The position numbers and the translations under genes are program-made. Below the pieces are notes generated by a model. The model searched no databases. It had not been told where the DNA came from and saw only the letters and a list, made by a program, of their open reading frames with translations. A DNA stretch of 43,003 bases from a virus: the IMG/VR virus record IMGVR_UViG_3300045988_008747; one strand, written 5' to 3'. Of this stretch, positions 22,995 through 31,166 are shown one piece after another. Numbering within the stretch: position 1 is the stretch's first letter; every line of letters begins with the position of its first letter.

Positions 22995-23665
22995 TCAGGT
23001 TCCATCACCCCCGTTCAAGCCATTTTTAATGCGTGCTATCACTTCATCAGCGTACGGCTGCGGCGGCTGTGGGCGGTTTTCCACAAGCCCAGCCACCATG
23101 TCATACCACCGCTCTTCTGCGCCTATAAGGTGCGCCAGAGCGTCCGTCATATACGCCCTGTAGCTGATATCGAGCTGCTCCCGTCTTGACGCAATGATGC
23201 AATGCTGCATAATGTACGGCTTACCGATCAAGTGCAGCATATCCAGCCGGATGGTGGAGGTTAAGCGCCGATATCCGTCTGCGCCAACTTCACCAACGAG
23301 GACAAAAAATCCAGCACGTCCTTATCCTCCACGGTGGCGGTGATGACCCGCAGGGTCTTGAACGGGGTCATGGTCTCAGGCTTGCCGTCCTCGTCCACAT
23401 CCGGCTCATAGAGCAAGGGCAGCAGCTTTGCAGTCGTCTCTGCGTTATCGAACAAGAGCGCCTTGCACATGGCCTTGATGTTCTTCTTGGCCTGTTCATC
23501 TTTTTTCTTTTCCAGCTCTTCCGGGGTCTCCTTGCCGGTCAGCACAGGCAGTACCTTGCGCAGCTCGTTGACTTTGGATTTCTCCAAAAGGTCGGAAACG
23601 GCGTCGGCAATCAGCCAGCAGCGGCGCAGAAATTCGGTTTCGTCCATCTGGTTCAGTGTTTTCAT
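22995..23665 (-). CDS. Tail assembly chaperone G-T fusion made by a -1 programmed frameshift
   Basis: The -1 frame is open from the slippery site at 23309-23303 through ORF 22995..23240 (VLVGEVGADGYRRLTSTIRLDMLHLIG...). Confidence 0.7.
23261..23665 (-). CDS. Tail assembly chaperone (gpG-like, 134 aa)
   Basis: AAGGAGG RBS. Acidic helical protein between the major tail and tape measure genes. Confidence 0.8.
   Translation of the reverse strand: MKTLNQMDETEFLRRCWLIADAVSDLLEKSKVNELRKVLPVLTGKETPEELEKKKDEQAKKNIKAMCKALLFDNAETTAKLLPLLYEPDVDEDGKPETMTPFKTLRVITATVEDKDVLDFLSSLVKLAQTDIGA
23303..23309 (-). promoter_or_regulatory. Slippery heptamer T_TTT_TTG for the -1 frameshift
   Basis: Minus strand reads GA T TTT TTG in the G zero frame (codon low positions 23306 and 23303 are in phase with the stop at 23261). 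Confidence 0.7.
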
Positions 23666-23677
23666 ACGGTGTCCTCC

Positions 23678-24253
23678 TTATGCTGCGGCCTTGGGGCTGT
23701 AATACCACTCCATAGGCACGGTGTCGTCGCCCATCCGGGGGCAGCCGGTCAGAGTGATGGACAAATTACCCTTGCCTTTGTCTGTGGTCTTGAGAGACAG
23801 ACCGCCGGTGGAGAGTGCATTCATCAGCTTGACGGCCACAAAGCCGCCGTCGATGGTGTCGCCGACCCACCAGATGTCCTTGAAATCGCCGGTGCTTGCT
23901 GTCGGGTCCAGCGTCATGCGGGGTGTGACCTTCTTTTCACTCACATCCGCTGCGCCAAGCGCCAGCTTGATAACATCCGTTGTGACGTTCAGGGCTGTAA
24001 AGGCCAGCGTGCAGTCGTAGTCCTCGATCTGCATCAGCTCTGCGGTGTTTTTCTGGCAGTTGTCCACATCATCTCCAAGGTCGGTGATGTTAGGCTTGCA
24101 CTCTGCCGTCACGCCGCCGGAGGTGGCGCAGATGATGTCTGCATCCTGGATCTCGGTCGCGCCGGTCGGGTCAAACTTGTTCAGCACGACGCCGGCATTG
24201 ATCTGCATGGACTCGAATGCTTTCTGTGAAATTTTGGAAAATTTTCTTGCCAT
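23678..24253 (-). CDS. Major tail protein
   Basis: AAGGAG RBS before the ATG at 24253. 191 aa, placed before G/GT. MARKFSKISQKAFESMQINAGVVLNKFDPTG... Confidence 0.8.
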   Translation of the reverse strand: MARKFSKISQKAFESMQINAGVVLNKFDPTGATEIQDADIICATSGGVTAECKPNITDLGDDVDNCQKNTAELMQIEDYDCTLAFTALNVTTDVIKLALGAADVSEKKVTPRMTLDPTASTGDFKDIWWVGDTIDGGFVAVKLMNALSTGGLSLKTTDKGKGNLSITLTGCPRMGDDTVPMEWYYSPKAAA

Positions 24254-24261
24254 ATTGCTCC

Positions 24262-24639
24262 TTACTCGCAAAATTGCGTGATTTCAAAATTGAGATATTC
24301 GCACAGATACCCTTCAGGCGGGTTGTCAAGAGGCTGCGCCCATGGGGTGCCTTTTTGCAAAAGAATAGCGCCGCCCTCACAGGAAAGCGTTTTGCTGTCC
24401 TCGAGAGCCGCGCTGATCGTATCTTCGGTTTGCAGGATGGGGGCCCTGCCGCCCTTGCTGGGGTACCACAGCCGGGCGTGGAAGGATGCCGACTCGTTCC
24501 ACCCGCCGGGGATGGTGGGCTTGTAGGTCAGATACGGCAGTTCTGCGCCGGGAGGTATGTTATCTTCCAGATAACCCGAAATGCCAAAGCCGTTGAAAAA
24601 CGTGTTCAGCGCCCGGTTGATGCTCTCAGACGGTCCCAT
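24262..24639 (-). CDS. Tail completion / tail terminator-type protein
   Basis: TGATG start-stop coupling with the upstream gene. 125 aa, placed before the major tail gene. Confidence 0.6.
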   Translation of the reverse strand: MGPSESINRALNTFFNGFGISGYLEDNIPPGAELPYLTYKPTIPGGWNESASFHARLWYPSKGGRAPILQTEDTISAALEDSKTLSCEGGAILLQKGTPWAQPLDNPPEGYLCEYLNFEITQFCE

Positions 24640-25007
24640 CAAGGCAGCACCGCCTTTTTGCACTTGACGGCCCGCAGTCCCATGCCGGATTCTGGCGGGG
24701 CTTTGCCCTCATCTGCCGCGCTGGTGATCTGGAAGGTCTGACCATCACTTACCCGCTTGATGTAGTCCGGGAAGGCCAGCGGCACACCCGTGTTAACCAG
24801 CAGCGTATAGGTGGAAGCAGTGTCAGCCTGCTCCGCCACCTGAGCTTCCACGGTGGTGTCGTGGCGCTCCACAGCCTCAAACTCGGGGCCGTCCTGCCAG
24901 CCGGACACAAAGCCGCCCACGCCGTCCGGCTCATAGTTGCGGGTCTGAAAACGGTATTTTTGGGTGAAGCTCTGCATCACGGTGGATGCAGTGAACGGAT
25001 TGACCAT
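24639..25007 (-). CDS. Head-tail joining (head closure-type) protein
   Basis: GGAGGAAAA RBS before the ATG at 25007. MVNPFTASTVMQSFTQKYRFQTRNYEPDGVGGFVSGWQDG... Confidence 0.6.
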   Translation of the reverse strand: MVNPFTASTVMQSFTQKYRFQTRNYEPDGVGGFVSGWQDGPEFEAVERHDTTVEAQVAEQADTASTYTLLVNTGVPLAFPDYIKRVSDGQTFQITSAADEGKAPPESGMGLRAVKCKKAVLP

Positions 25008-25008
25008 G

Positions 25009-25419
25009 TCACATTTTCCTCCAATGATTGATCTCGGATTTATAGCGGGTCTTGCCGTCTGCAGGCAGGCCGTCCGCGCCTGTAGCCATCGTGCCGGACC
25101 ACCCGGCAAAGGACTGGGACACATACACGCCACCGGCTGGGAGTGCCTTGTCGTATGCGTCAATCTTTTCGGCCAGCGCCACGAAGTCAGGCGGCACGCG
25201 CATAGGCTGCACCGTCCCGGTGAATGTCTCGGCGGTCAGATCGCCGTCCCCGGCTTTGTGCACGCCATTATTGAAGATGGATCCGCACACGAGGAAATAC
25301 TGCCCCGGAATTACCCCGGCGGGCACGGTGTCCGGCTCAAAGGCAAACTCCCCGGCAACGGGGTCGTCCGCCCGGTCAAAAAAATTGTGCGTGTAGACGC
25401 ACAGCTCCGGTACAGTCAT
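25009..25419 (-). CDS. Head-tail connector protein (136 aa)
   Basis: AAGGAGG RBS. Immediately downstream of the capsid gene. Confidence 0.6.
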   Translation of the reverse strand: MTVPELCVYTHNFFDRADDPVAGEFAFEPDTVPAGVIPGQYFLVCGSIFNNGVHKAGDGDLTAETFTGTVQPMRVPPDFVALAEKIDAYDKALPAGGVYVSQSFAGWSGTMATGADGLPADGKTRYKSEINHWRKM

Positions 25420-25445
25420 GAGGCGTCCTCCTTACAAAGGGGCGA

Positions 25446-26339
25446 TCACTCGCCCGGGGTAATGGTCTCGACAGCGATACCGTCCAGATACTCAGCAAAC
25501 AGGGTCACGCCCATAATGGCGTAGCTCTCGGAGGTTGCGGTGCTGTAGTTTGCCTGAGTGTGGAAGCCAATGAGGTTGCTTGCCTCGCCTGCGGTCCTGT
25601 AGACCAGACCTGCGCGGGCAAACTCGCTATCCGCAGGATCCACATAGTACATGACGATGTTGTCTACCGGGGTGGCAATAACCTTTCCCTTCGCGATCTC
25701 ACCGTCGGATAGCAGGAAGATGGTGTTGTAGCCCATGAAGTCCTTGATGTACTGGAAGCCGAACTGGTTCTGCACGGTGATATTGGCATTGCCCAGATAG
25801 TCGTACACGTCCATCACGTTGACAAAGCCAACAACGCCGGTCACGGTGCGATGCATGGTCTTGAACTTGTTCTCGACCGCGCCCTTGGCATGTGCCAGCG
25901 CCATCTGGAAGGTCTTGGGAGTGCCCTTCAGGGTGCCGGTGTTCAGGAACTTGTAGAACTTATCCGTTACCAGAGCGGTCAGGTCGTACAGGAACTCATC
26001 ATCGGTCTTCTGCACGGCGACATCGTAGCCGTAATTCTGGATCGCCTCAAGGGTGACAGACTTGCCGTACTTGTCGATGGTGATCTTGCCGTACTCCTTC
26101 TCCTTGACGGTGTACTTGCTGAACGGGATCTCTTCGCCCTCGCCCACGGTGCCGCTCTGCAGGGTGCCCTGTGCATACTTGCTTTTGAGCACGGTGCCAG
26201 GCTGCATCCGGATAGGGCGCATGATGCCCAGAATGGTGCGCAGATGGTCCCAGTTGCGCTGGAAACGGGTCACAAAGTCGATTTCACGCGCGGCTACGGT
26301 GATATCGGTGGTCATGGTGATATTTTCTTTTGCTGCCAT
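25446..26339 (-). CDS. Major capsid protein
   Basis: 297 aa directly after the scaffold gene. GAAAGGA RBS. Confidence 0.85.
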   Translation of the reverse strand: MAAKENITMTTDITVAAREIDFVTRFQRNWDHLRTILGIMRPIRMQPGTVLKSKYAQGTLQSGTVGEGEEIPFSKYTVKEKEYGKITIDKYGKSVTLEAIQNYGYDVAVQKTDDEFLYDLTALVTDKFYKFLNTGTLKGTPKTFQMALAHAKGAVENKFKTMHRTVTGVVGFVNVMDVYDYLGNANITVQNQFGFQYIKDFMGYNTIFLLSDGEIAKGKVIATPVDNIVMYYVDPADSEFARAGLVYRTAGEASNLIGFHTQANYSTATSESYAIMGVTLFAEYLDGIAVETITPGE

Positions 26340-26342
26340 GTA

Positions 26343-26930
26343 TTAGTCCTTTCCGCCGCCTGTAAACAGGTCGGCATTTGCAGCAATCGCAGCCTGGCGT
26401 TCGCCAGCGTCCTTGATTGCAAAAATTTGCTCTTTGGTCATTTTGGAGCCGGTGTTGGTGGGCGGGGCGTCCACCTTTGCGCCGGTGGTGGTCGTAGTGC
26501 CTACGAAGTCGCCCCAATCAGCTTTCAGGCTGTCGGTGTGCTTCTTGGCGTCCTTGACGTTGCCCTTTTCGTCCAGCTCCAACTTGTCGATGTCTTCGCC
26601 GGACAGCCGCACGACCCGATCAGCATACTTGTCCAGCACCCCGGCGGCCTTCAGCAGCTCCCGGAACTTGGCTTCCTTGGCTGCGTGGGTGTCCTTTTGG
26701 GTCTGCTGGGCCTTGTAGTCGGTCAGCGCCTGTTCAGCGGCCTGCTTGCCGCCGTTGGCTGCGTCCCGGTCCTTTTCGGCTTGTGTGCGGGCTGTTTTTT
26801 CTGCATCCAACTGGTCTTTGAGTTCGTCCGTCTCCTTGTGCAGGGCGTCCAGAATGGCCTTGGCCTTGTCATCGTTGGAGGTTTCGGGGTTCTCCAGAAT
26901 CGTGCGGATGTCAGCTCTTTTGAGTGCCAT
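26343..26930 (-). CDS. Scaffolding protein
   Basis: 195 aa, charged and helical (K/E/D/A-rich). Lies upstream of the capsid gene. Confidence 0.8.
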   Translation of the reverse strand: MALKRADIRTILENPETSNDDKAKAILDALHKETDELKDQLDAEKTARTQAEKDRDAANGGKQAAEQALTDYKAQQTQKDTHAAKEAKFRELLKAAGVLDKYADRVVRLSGEDIDKLELDEKGNVKDAKKHTDSLKADWGDFVGTTTTTGAKVDAPPTNTGSKMTKEQIFAIKDAGERQAAIAANADLFTGGGKD

Positions 26931-27005
26931 GTGATAGTCCTTTCTGCCCTTGCTCGGGCTGCCATGCTTGGCAATAAGGTTTATTTGCCGGACGTGCTGC
27001 CGGTG

Positions 27006-27082
27006 TGGTGCCGCCTGTGGGGCTTGAACCCACGGCCCCCGGATTACAAATCCGGCGCTCTGGCCGACTGAGCTAAAGCGGC
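27006..27082 (-). tRNA. tRNA-Thr (anticodon UGU), CCA encoded
   Basis: GCCGCTT-TA-GCTC-AGTCGGCCA-GAGC-G-CCGGA-TTTGTAA-TCCGG-GGGCC-GTGGG-TTCAAGC-CCCAC-AGGCGGC-A-CCA. All four arms pair canonically. Confidence 0.9.
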
Positions 27083-27083
27083 A

Positions 27084-27116
27084 TAAAAAAGCGGCTGACG
27101 CTGTGCGCCAACCGCT
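27084..27116 (-). terminator. Strand-specific intrinsic terminator inside the head module
   Basis: On minus-strand RNA, a 12-bp stem (two G.U pairs that would be C.A mismatches on the plus strand), a 3-nt loop, then UUUUUU. It abuts the tRNA-Thr 5' end. Confidence 0.7.
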
Positions 27117-27122
27117 GAGTAT

Positions 27123-27338
27123 TTAGTTTTTGCGTGCAACTTTGGTGATACATTCGACCGCCCAAAACTTCGCTTCCTGTAATTTTGTCATACACAGACT
27201 TTTTTCTCGGCTTTCAGGAAGTGCGTCAAGCTGCGTTGCAAGCTCAAGGAAAAGGTCTTCTGCCTCACAGTGCGCAGTTTTCACATCATCGGGCAGGAAC
27301 TTTTCTTTTGGTGTTTTGAACATTTTCTCCAAATTCAT
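27123..27338 (-). CDS. AT-richer moron (71 aa, helical), unknown
   Basis: AAGGAG RBS. MNLEKMFKTPKEKFLPDDVKTAHCEAEDLFLELATQLDALPESREKSLCMTKLQEAKFWAVECITKVARKN. Followed by its own terminator. Confidence 0.7.
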   Translation of the reverse strand: MNLEKMFKTPKEKFLPDDVKTAHCEAEDLFLELATQLDALPESREKSLCMTKLQEAKFWAVECITKVARKN

Positions 27339-27341
27339 GAA

Positions 27342-27794
27342 TTACAGCTCCTTGTTTCCTTCTTTCATTGCGATCTCTCGCAGTTCGTCAATGTGATCTT
27401 CCACCGCCGGGCGCAGGAACGGGCGGGCTTTCATGCCCCGGGTAAAGTGCCACTTGCCGTTGAAGTCTTTCCAGACCCACGGCGTTTTGCGTCCGTTTCC
27501 CTTCTCGGCAAAGATGCCCGTGCCCAGCTCCACATAGACGCTGTAAAACAGGTTGCTGCCGATGGTCACGGTCTTTTTGGCGAGGTCGATGGCAAAGGTC
27601 AGGCTCTGCTTGAGCGCGCCGCCCACGTAGCCCTCAATGCCCGTACTGTCTGCCGTGCCGGTAGGCACAAGCAGCTGGGCGTAGTCCTGCACCTTCATGC
27701 CCCAGATGGTCAGCACCCGCTCCGCCCACGAGTCCAGCGCCTCATGCAGCTGCGGGGTGTTGTCGGTAAATTTGATGTCGTAGTTAAAGTTCAT
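27342..27794 (-). CDS. HK97 gp10-family protein
   Basis: ...AQLLVPTGTADSTG...YSVYVELGTG...MKARPFLRPAVEDH. Confidence 0.75.
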   Translation of the reverse strand: MNFNYDIKFTDNTPQLHEALDSWAERVLTIWGMKVQDYAQLLVPTGTADSTGIEGYVGGALKQSLTFAIDLAKKTVTIGSNLFYSVYVELGTGIFAEKGNGRKTPWVWKDFNGKWHFTRGMKARPFLRPAVEDHIDELREIAMKEGNKEL

Positions 27795-27797
27795 GGT

Positions 27798-28211
27798 TTA
27801 CTTGCCTGTCCACGCCTTTTTCAGACGCTTATACAGTTCTCCGGTTTCTTCCCATTCTGCAGGCCAGTCACGCCGGGCGTATCTGTTTATGGCAAGCAGT
27901 ACAGACTGCGTTGCTTGCTGTCCGGTTTTACCGCTTAAATCGCCGCCAAACGCTTCCACAAGCGCACGGGAACTTTCTGTGCTATTTATAACATGTCGCA
28001 CACGTTCTGCTGCTGCAGCAGCTTGCTTTGCAGCGTTTTCGCCCGCCCTGGCAATGGTCGCCGGATTTTTGGAGGAAGCGATCACATCGTCCAATGCCGC
28101 GTTTGTCGTAGCCCGGATATCTTTAGCCCATGCGATCTGTTTTTCGCTGCCTTTCAGCGTTGCCATACCGCCGCCCGCTTTCGCAGAGCTGCCCGAACCT
28201 CGTTTACTCAC
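27798..28211 (-). CDS. Unknown protein (137 aa) carrying the N-terminal tag MSKRGSGSS
   Basis: GTG start with GAAAGGAGG upstream. MSKRGSGSSAKAGGGMATLKGSEKQIAWAKDIRA... Confidence 0.7.
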   Translation of the reverse strand: MSKRGSGSSAKAGGGMATLKGSEKQIAWAKDIRATTNAALDDVIASSKNPATIARAGENAAKQAAAAAERVRHVINSTESSRALVEAFGGDLSGKTGQQATQSVLLAINRYARRDWPAEWEETGELYKRLKKAWTGK

Positions 28212-28827
28212 GGTAGTGCCTCCTTTCGTATTGAAATGGCTTGATTTTGGTCACGTTCCAGTCAAATTCCGCAGGGCATTTGCCATACCACAAAATCCCG
28301 CTTGGTTGCAGCACTTCCAGCGCCTTGCGGCAGTGTTTGGCAAAGCACTCTGCTTCGTATGGGTCAGATTGTGTGCCGTGGCTCGAAATGCTCACGATGG
28401 CGTTTCTAGGCTCTCCGTCAAAGCACCAGTCATAGCTTTGCTCACCGCACCAGCAGAGCGTTGGAATGACGTTGATGCCGTGCGCCTGCCAGTATGCCGC
28501 AAGCCAGTGCTTTTTGTAGTGCATGAAAAGCTGCACCGCAAGCGGCATATCGCTGTAAAGCGAAAAATCCGGCGAACATACCGCTCCGAACTGCTGCAAA
28601 AGCGGGATATACTTGTCCGGGTTGTTCCAGAACCGTTCAAACTGGTAATCGTCCTTGTAAAAATGCACGCCTTTTGTGGCCTTGTCTTTGGCTGTCAACG
28701 CATAATTGACCGGGATCCATTCCAGCTTGTCAATGCGGATGTCCGTTTCCGGCTTGATTTCAGGGATGCCATACTTGCCCACGCCCGGAAAAATCATTTT
28801 CTCGGTGTTTTCCATCGGCAGAATCAC
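28204..28827 (-). CDS. DUF4417-like protein (207 aa)
   Basis: GTG start with GGAGGG 7 nt upstream. ...GVHFYKDDYQFERFWNNPDKYIPLLQQFGAVCSPDFSLYSDMPLAVQLFMHYKKHWLAAYWQAHGINVIPT... matches my recollection of the DUF4417 motif pattern. Confidence 0.7.
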   Translation of the reverse strand: MILPMENTEKMIFPGVGKYGIPEIKPETDIRIDKLEWIPVNYALTAKDKATKGVHFYKDDYQFERFWNNPDKYIPLLQQFGAVCSPDFSLYSDMPLAVQLFMHYKKHWLAAYWQAHGINVIPTLCWCGEQSYDWCFDGEPRNAIVSISSHGTQSDPYEAECFAKHCRKALEVLQPSGILWYGKCPAEFDWNVTKIKPFQYERRHYRE

Positions 28828-28841
28828 GGTTCATCCCTCCA

Positions 28842-29354
28842 TTATCGCTTAAACCAGTTATCCACTTTCTTTTGCAGACGCTTTTGTGCTCGCTTGTAGG
28901 TAGAACTTGTAATTTCACGTTGCTCACGATTTGGATTGTAGTGCTCACGGAAATACTTTTTTGCTTTTTCTCGCTCGACGTTTTCTGGGCTCCACTTCGG
29001 ATTGTCCGAGCCGAGTTCTTTAAGCATCCGCTTAACGATATAATTCGTCTGCTTATCCGTAAAGTCCGGGTTGATGTCATTGAAAACCGCGATTTTTGAA
29101 ATTTGGTATTCCATTCCGTCAACAAAAACATTAGACTTTGCAAGTTTTTCCGAAGTGTCATAGATTGTCCCATAGGCCCTTTGGGCTTGTTCTGCTTGCA
29201 TTTTATAAAAGTCCGTTTCACGAAACAGAGCTTCCACTTGGTTGATTTCTTTTGATTCCCGTGCCGTAAATCCCGAAATTCGCATGGAGCTACCAGAGCC
29301 ACGTTTACTCATAACCTTGCCCCCCCTACCAGACGAACGTCCTCCTCCAGACAT
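28842..29354 (-). CDS. Unknown AT-richer protein (170 aa) with a G/R/S-rich N-terminus that contains the same MSKRGSGSS tag (internal ATG at 29312)
   Basis: AAAGGAGAAATAGTT-ATG at 29354. MSGGGRSSGRGGKVMSKRGSGSSMRISGFTARE... Confidence 0.65.
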   Translation of the reverse strand: MSGGGRSSGRGGKVMSKRGSGSSMRISGFTARESKEINQVEALFRETDFYKMQAEQAQRAYGTIYDTSEKLAKSNVFVDGMEYQISKIAVFNDINPDFTDKQTNYIVKRMLKELGSDNPKWSPENVEREKAKKYFREHYNPNREQREITSSTYKRAQKRLQKKVDNWFKR

Positions 29355-29356
29355 AA

Positions 29357-30382
29357 CTATTTCTCCTTTCTCCGTTTTCTCTCTTCCGCCCACCACATCT
29401 GTTCGGCTTCTTTTCCGCCCTTGGATTTATACCACTCGGTGTAATCCATGACGGGGGTGGTCTCTTTGGTCACATTGTCCCGCTGCATGGCGTTCTGCCG
29501 GGGATACTTGCCCAGCGCAGAGGACAGAACACAACGGCAGTGGTAGACCATCTCCGGCGCTGCGTTTGGGTCTCCGGGGCGCTGAATCTCGTAGCCCATG
29601 ACCTTGAACGGCTCGTCAAGCTCTGCTGTCTGCTGGTCAAGCAGTCGGTGCATTTCACGGGTTCGATAGTCGTGGGTGGAGTTCCAGCGCTTTTTGACCT
29701 CGATGCCCAAAGCCTGAGCGTTGCGCATCTGCTGCAAAGCTCCGGCGTTCTGGGCGCTGGTAAGGGCTGTGATGGCGTTGTTCATGGCCCAGTGTATCTC
29801 CGTGTCTGCCATGCCGTTGACGGCCTGCACGGCGATGTCGTGGACGCTCTTGCCCTGCACGATGCCCTGCATGACGTAGCGGTTGAATACCTTTGCATCA
29901 TAGGTGCGGTTGCTCTCGCTCTTGATGCGCTTGTTTGGCACCATGCGGGGGTTCTCCTTCAGCAGGAGCTTGACCGCTTCGGTGTTGTACAGGGTCAGTC
30001 CAAACGTCACGCCTGCGGCCTGTTCCAGCTCGTAGAAAGCCCAGTTTGCGCCGAAGGAAAAGATATTGTACTGCTCGTCCCGGGCCAGCTTGTAGGCCGT
30101 CTGTTGGGCTGTGGTGCAGGTCTGCGTGATGCCGTCCAGCTTCTGACGCATCAAATCGGACTGAAAGACTTGATTTTGCAGCCAGATGCGGTAATCGTCC
30201 TCTGTAATCTCGCCTGCATCCAGCTGCACCCGCTTGCGCTCGTCCAGCGCTTTGTACTTTGCCAGAAAATCGGTCAGCTGCTTCTGCATCTCCCGGCGGG
30301 CAGTGCCGTACACCCGGAGGATACGGCGGCGCAGACGGTTCAGCTGGCGGGTAGAGATGCGGTCACGGTCGGTCTGTTTCAT
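29357..30382 (-). CDS. Minor head protein, SPP1 gp7 / Mu F family
   Basis: ...KKRWNSTHDYRTREMHRLLDQQTAELDEPFKVMGYEIQRPGDPNAAPEMVYHCRCVL. Confidence 0.85.
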   Translation of the reverse strand: MKQTDRDRISTRQLNRLRRRILRVYGTARREMQKQLTDFLAKYKALDERKRVQLDAGEITEDDYRIWLQNQVFQSDLMRQKLDGITQTCTTAQQTAYKLARDEQYNIFSFGANWAFYELEQAAGVTFGLTLYNTEAVKLLLKENPRMVPNKRIKSESNRTYDAKVFNRYVMQGIVQGKSVHDIAVQAVNGMADTEIHWAMNNAITALTSAQNAGALQQMRNAQALGIEVKKRWNSTHDYRTREMHRLLDQQTAELDEPFKVMGYEIQRPGDPNAAPEMVYHCRCVLSSALGKYPRQNAMQRDNVTKETTPVMDYTEWYKSKGGKEAEQMWWAEERKRRKEK

Positions 30383-31166
30383 GGCTGTTCAGATACTCCA
30401 CAATGGCACGTTCCCGGGCGGACAGCTCCCATTTTGTAGCCGCAGCGCTCTCAGCCGCAGCGCTCTCAGCCGCAGCGCTCTCAGCCGCAGCGCGATCAGA
30501 CAAAATCAGCCCGCCGCCAAATATGGTTTTCCTGGTGGAGCGTTGTGCATCCAGCGCATAAATCGGAGCGCAGTCCTTTTTGTGAATTTTGAAATCCACA
30601 CCGTAATGGCTGTATCGTTGAAGCAATGCAGCCGTCACAATATGATCTGGGTATTTATACTTTGGCAGCTGCACCGTTTTGGTGCGTCGCAGGCGTTCCA
30701 CCTCATCGTTTACCAGCTTCGTCAGGCGAGGTTCTGTCTGCGCTATGATGTCCCCGCCGTAGCTTGTCACAAAACTTGTTCTGACGATTGCACCGTTTTC
30801 GTACTCGATATTACAGCCGCAAATGATATGGTTCATCCGCATATTATTTGCCCTTCCAGAAAACGCTGTCAAAGATGGAGCGAATAGGAAGAACGGAATG
30901 CCACGATCGAGATAGAACCCGCAGATTCGGGACAGGATTGAAAACGGCGGGTTGTCCAGAACGACAGCGCCCTCCGGGTAATCGAAATTCTCATAATCGC
31001 CGCCGGGATAAAATGGCCGCACAATTTTGGCCGGGTCGATGCCGTACTCCTTGCAAGCCCAGTCCCGGATGACCGCGTACACGCTGGGCGGTGTATAGCA
31101 ATCGTCCGTGGTCTTTTTGGGCTTGAACTTTTCCACGAACTCATCATATGTTTCGCCTGCTGCCAT
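30363..31166 (-). CDS. DNA N6-adenine methyltransferase candidate (DNPPF motif) with an AAESA repeat linker
   Basis: ...DDCYTPPSVYAVIRDW...GAVVLDNPPFSILS... GAGGAGG RBS before the ATG at 31166. Confidence 0.7.
   Translation of the reverse strand: MAAGETYDEFVEKFKPKKTTDDCYTPPSVYAVIRDWACKEYGIDPAKIVRPFYPGGDYENFDYPEGAVVLDNPPFSILSRICGFYLDRGIPFFLFAPSLTAFSGRANNMRMNHIICGCNIEYENGAIVRTSFVTSYGGDIIAQTEPRLTKLVNDEVERLRRTKTVQLPKYKYPDHIVTAALLQRYSHYGVDFKIHKKDCAPIYALDAQRSTRKTIFGGGLILSDRAAAESAAAESAAAESAAATKWELSARERAIVEYLNSHETDRP
30439..30494. repeat. 15-bp tandem repeat (gccgcagcgctctca, 3.7 copies) encoding (AAESA)n
   Basis: Direct reading of 30439-30494. Confidence 0.9.

Noticed and set aside
28760-29302. 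ORF 28760..29302 (-), 180 aa.
   Set aside because: This is an alternative frame of the RBS-supported gene 28842..29354. It also bridges into the start of the next gene.
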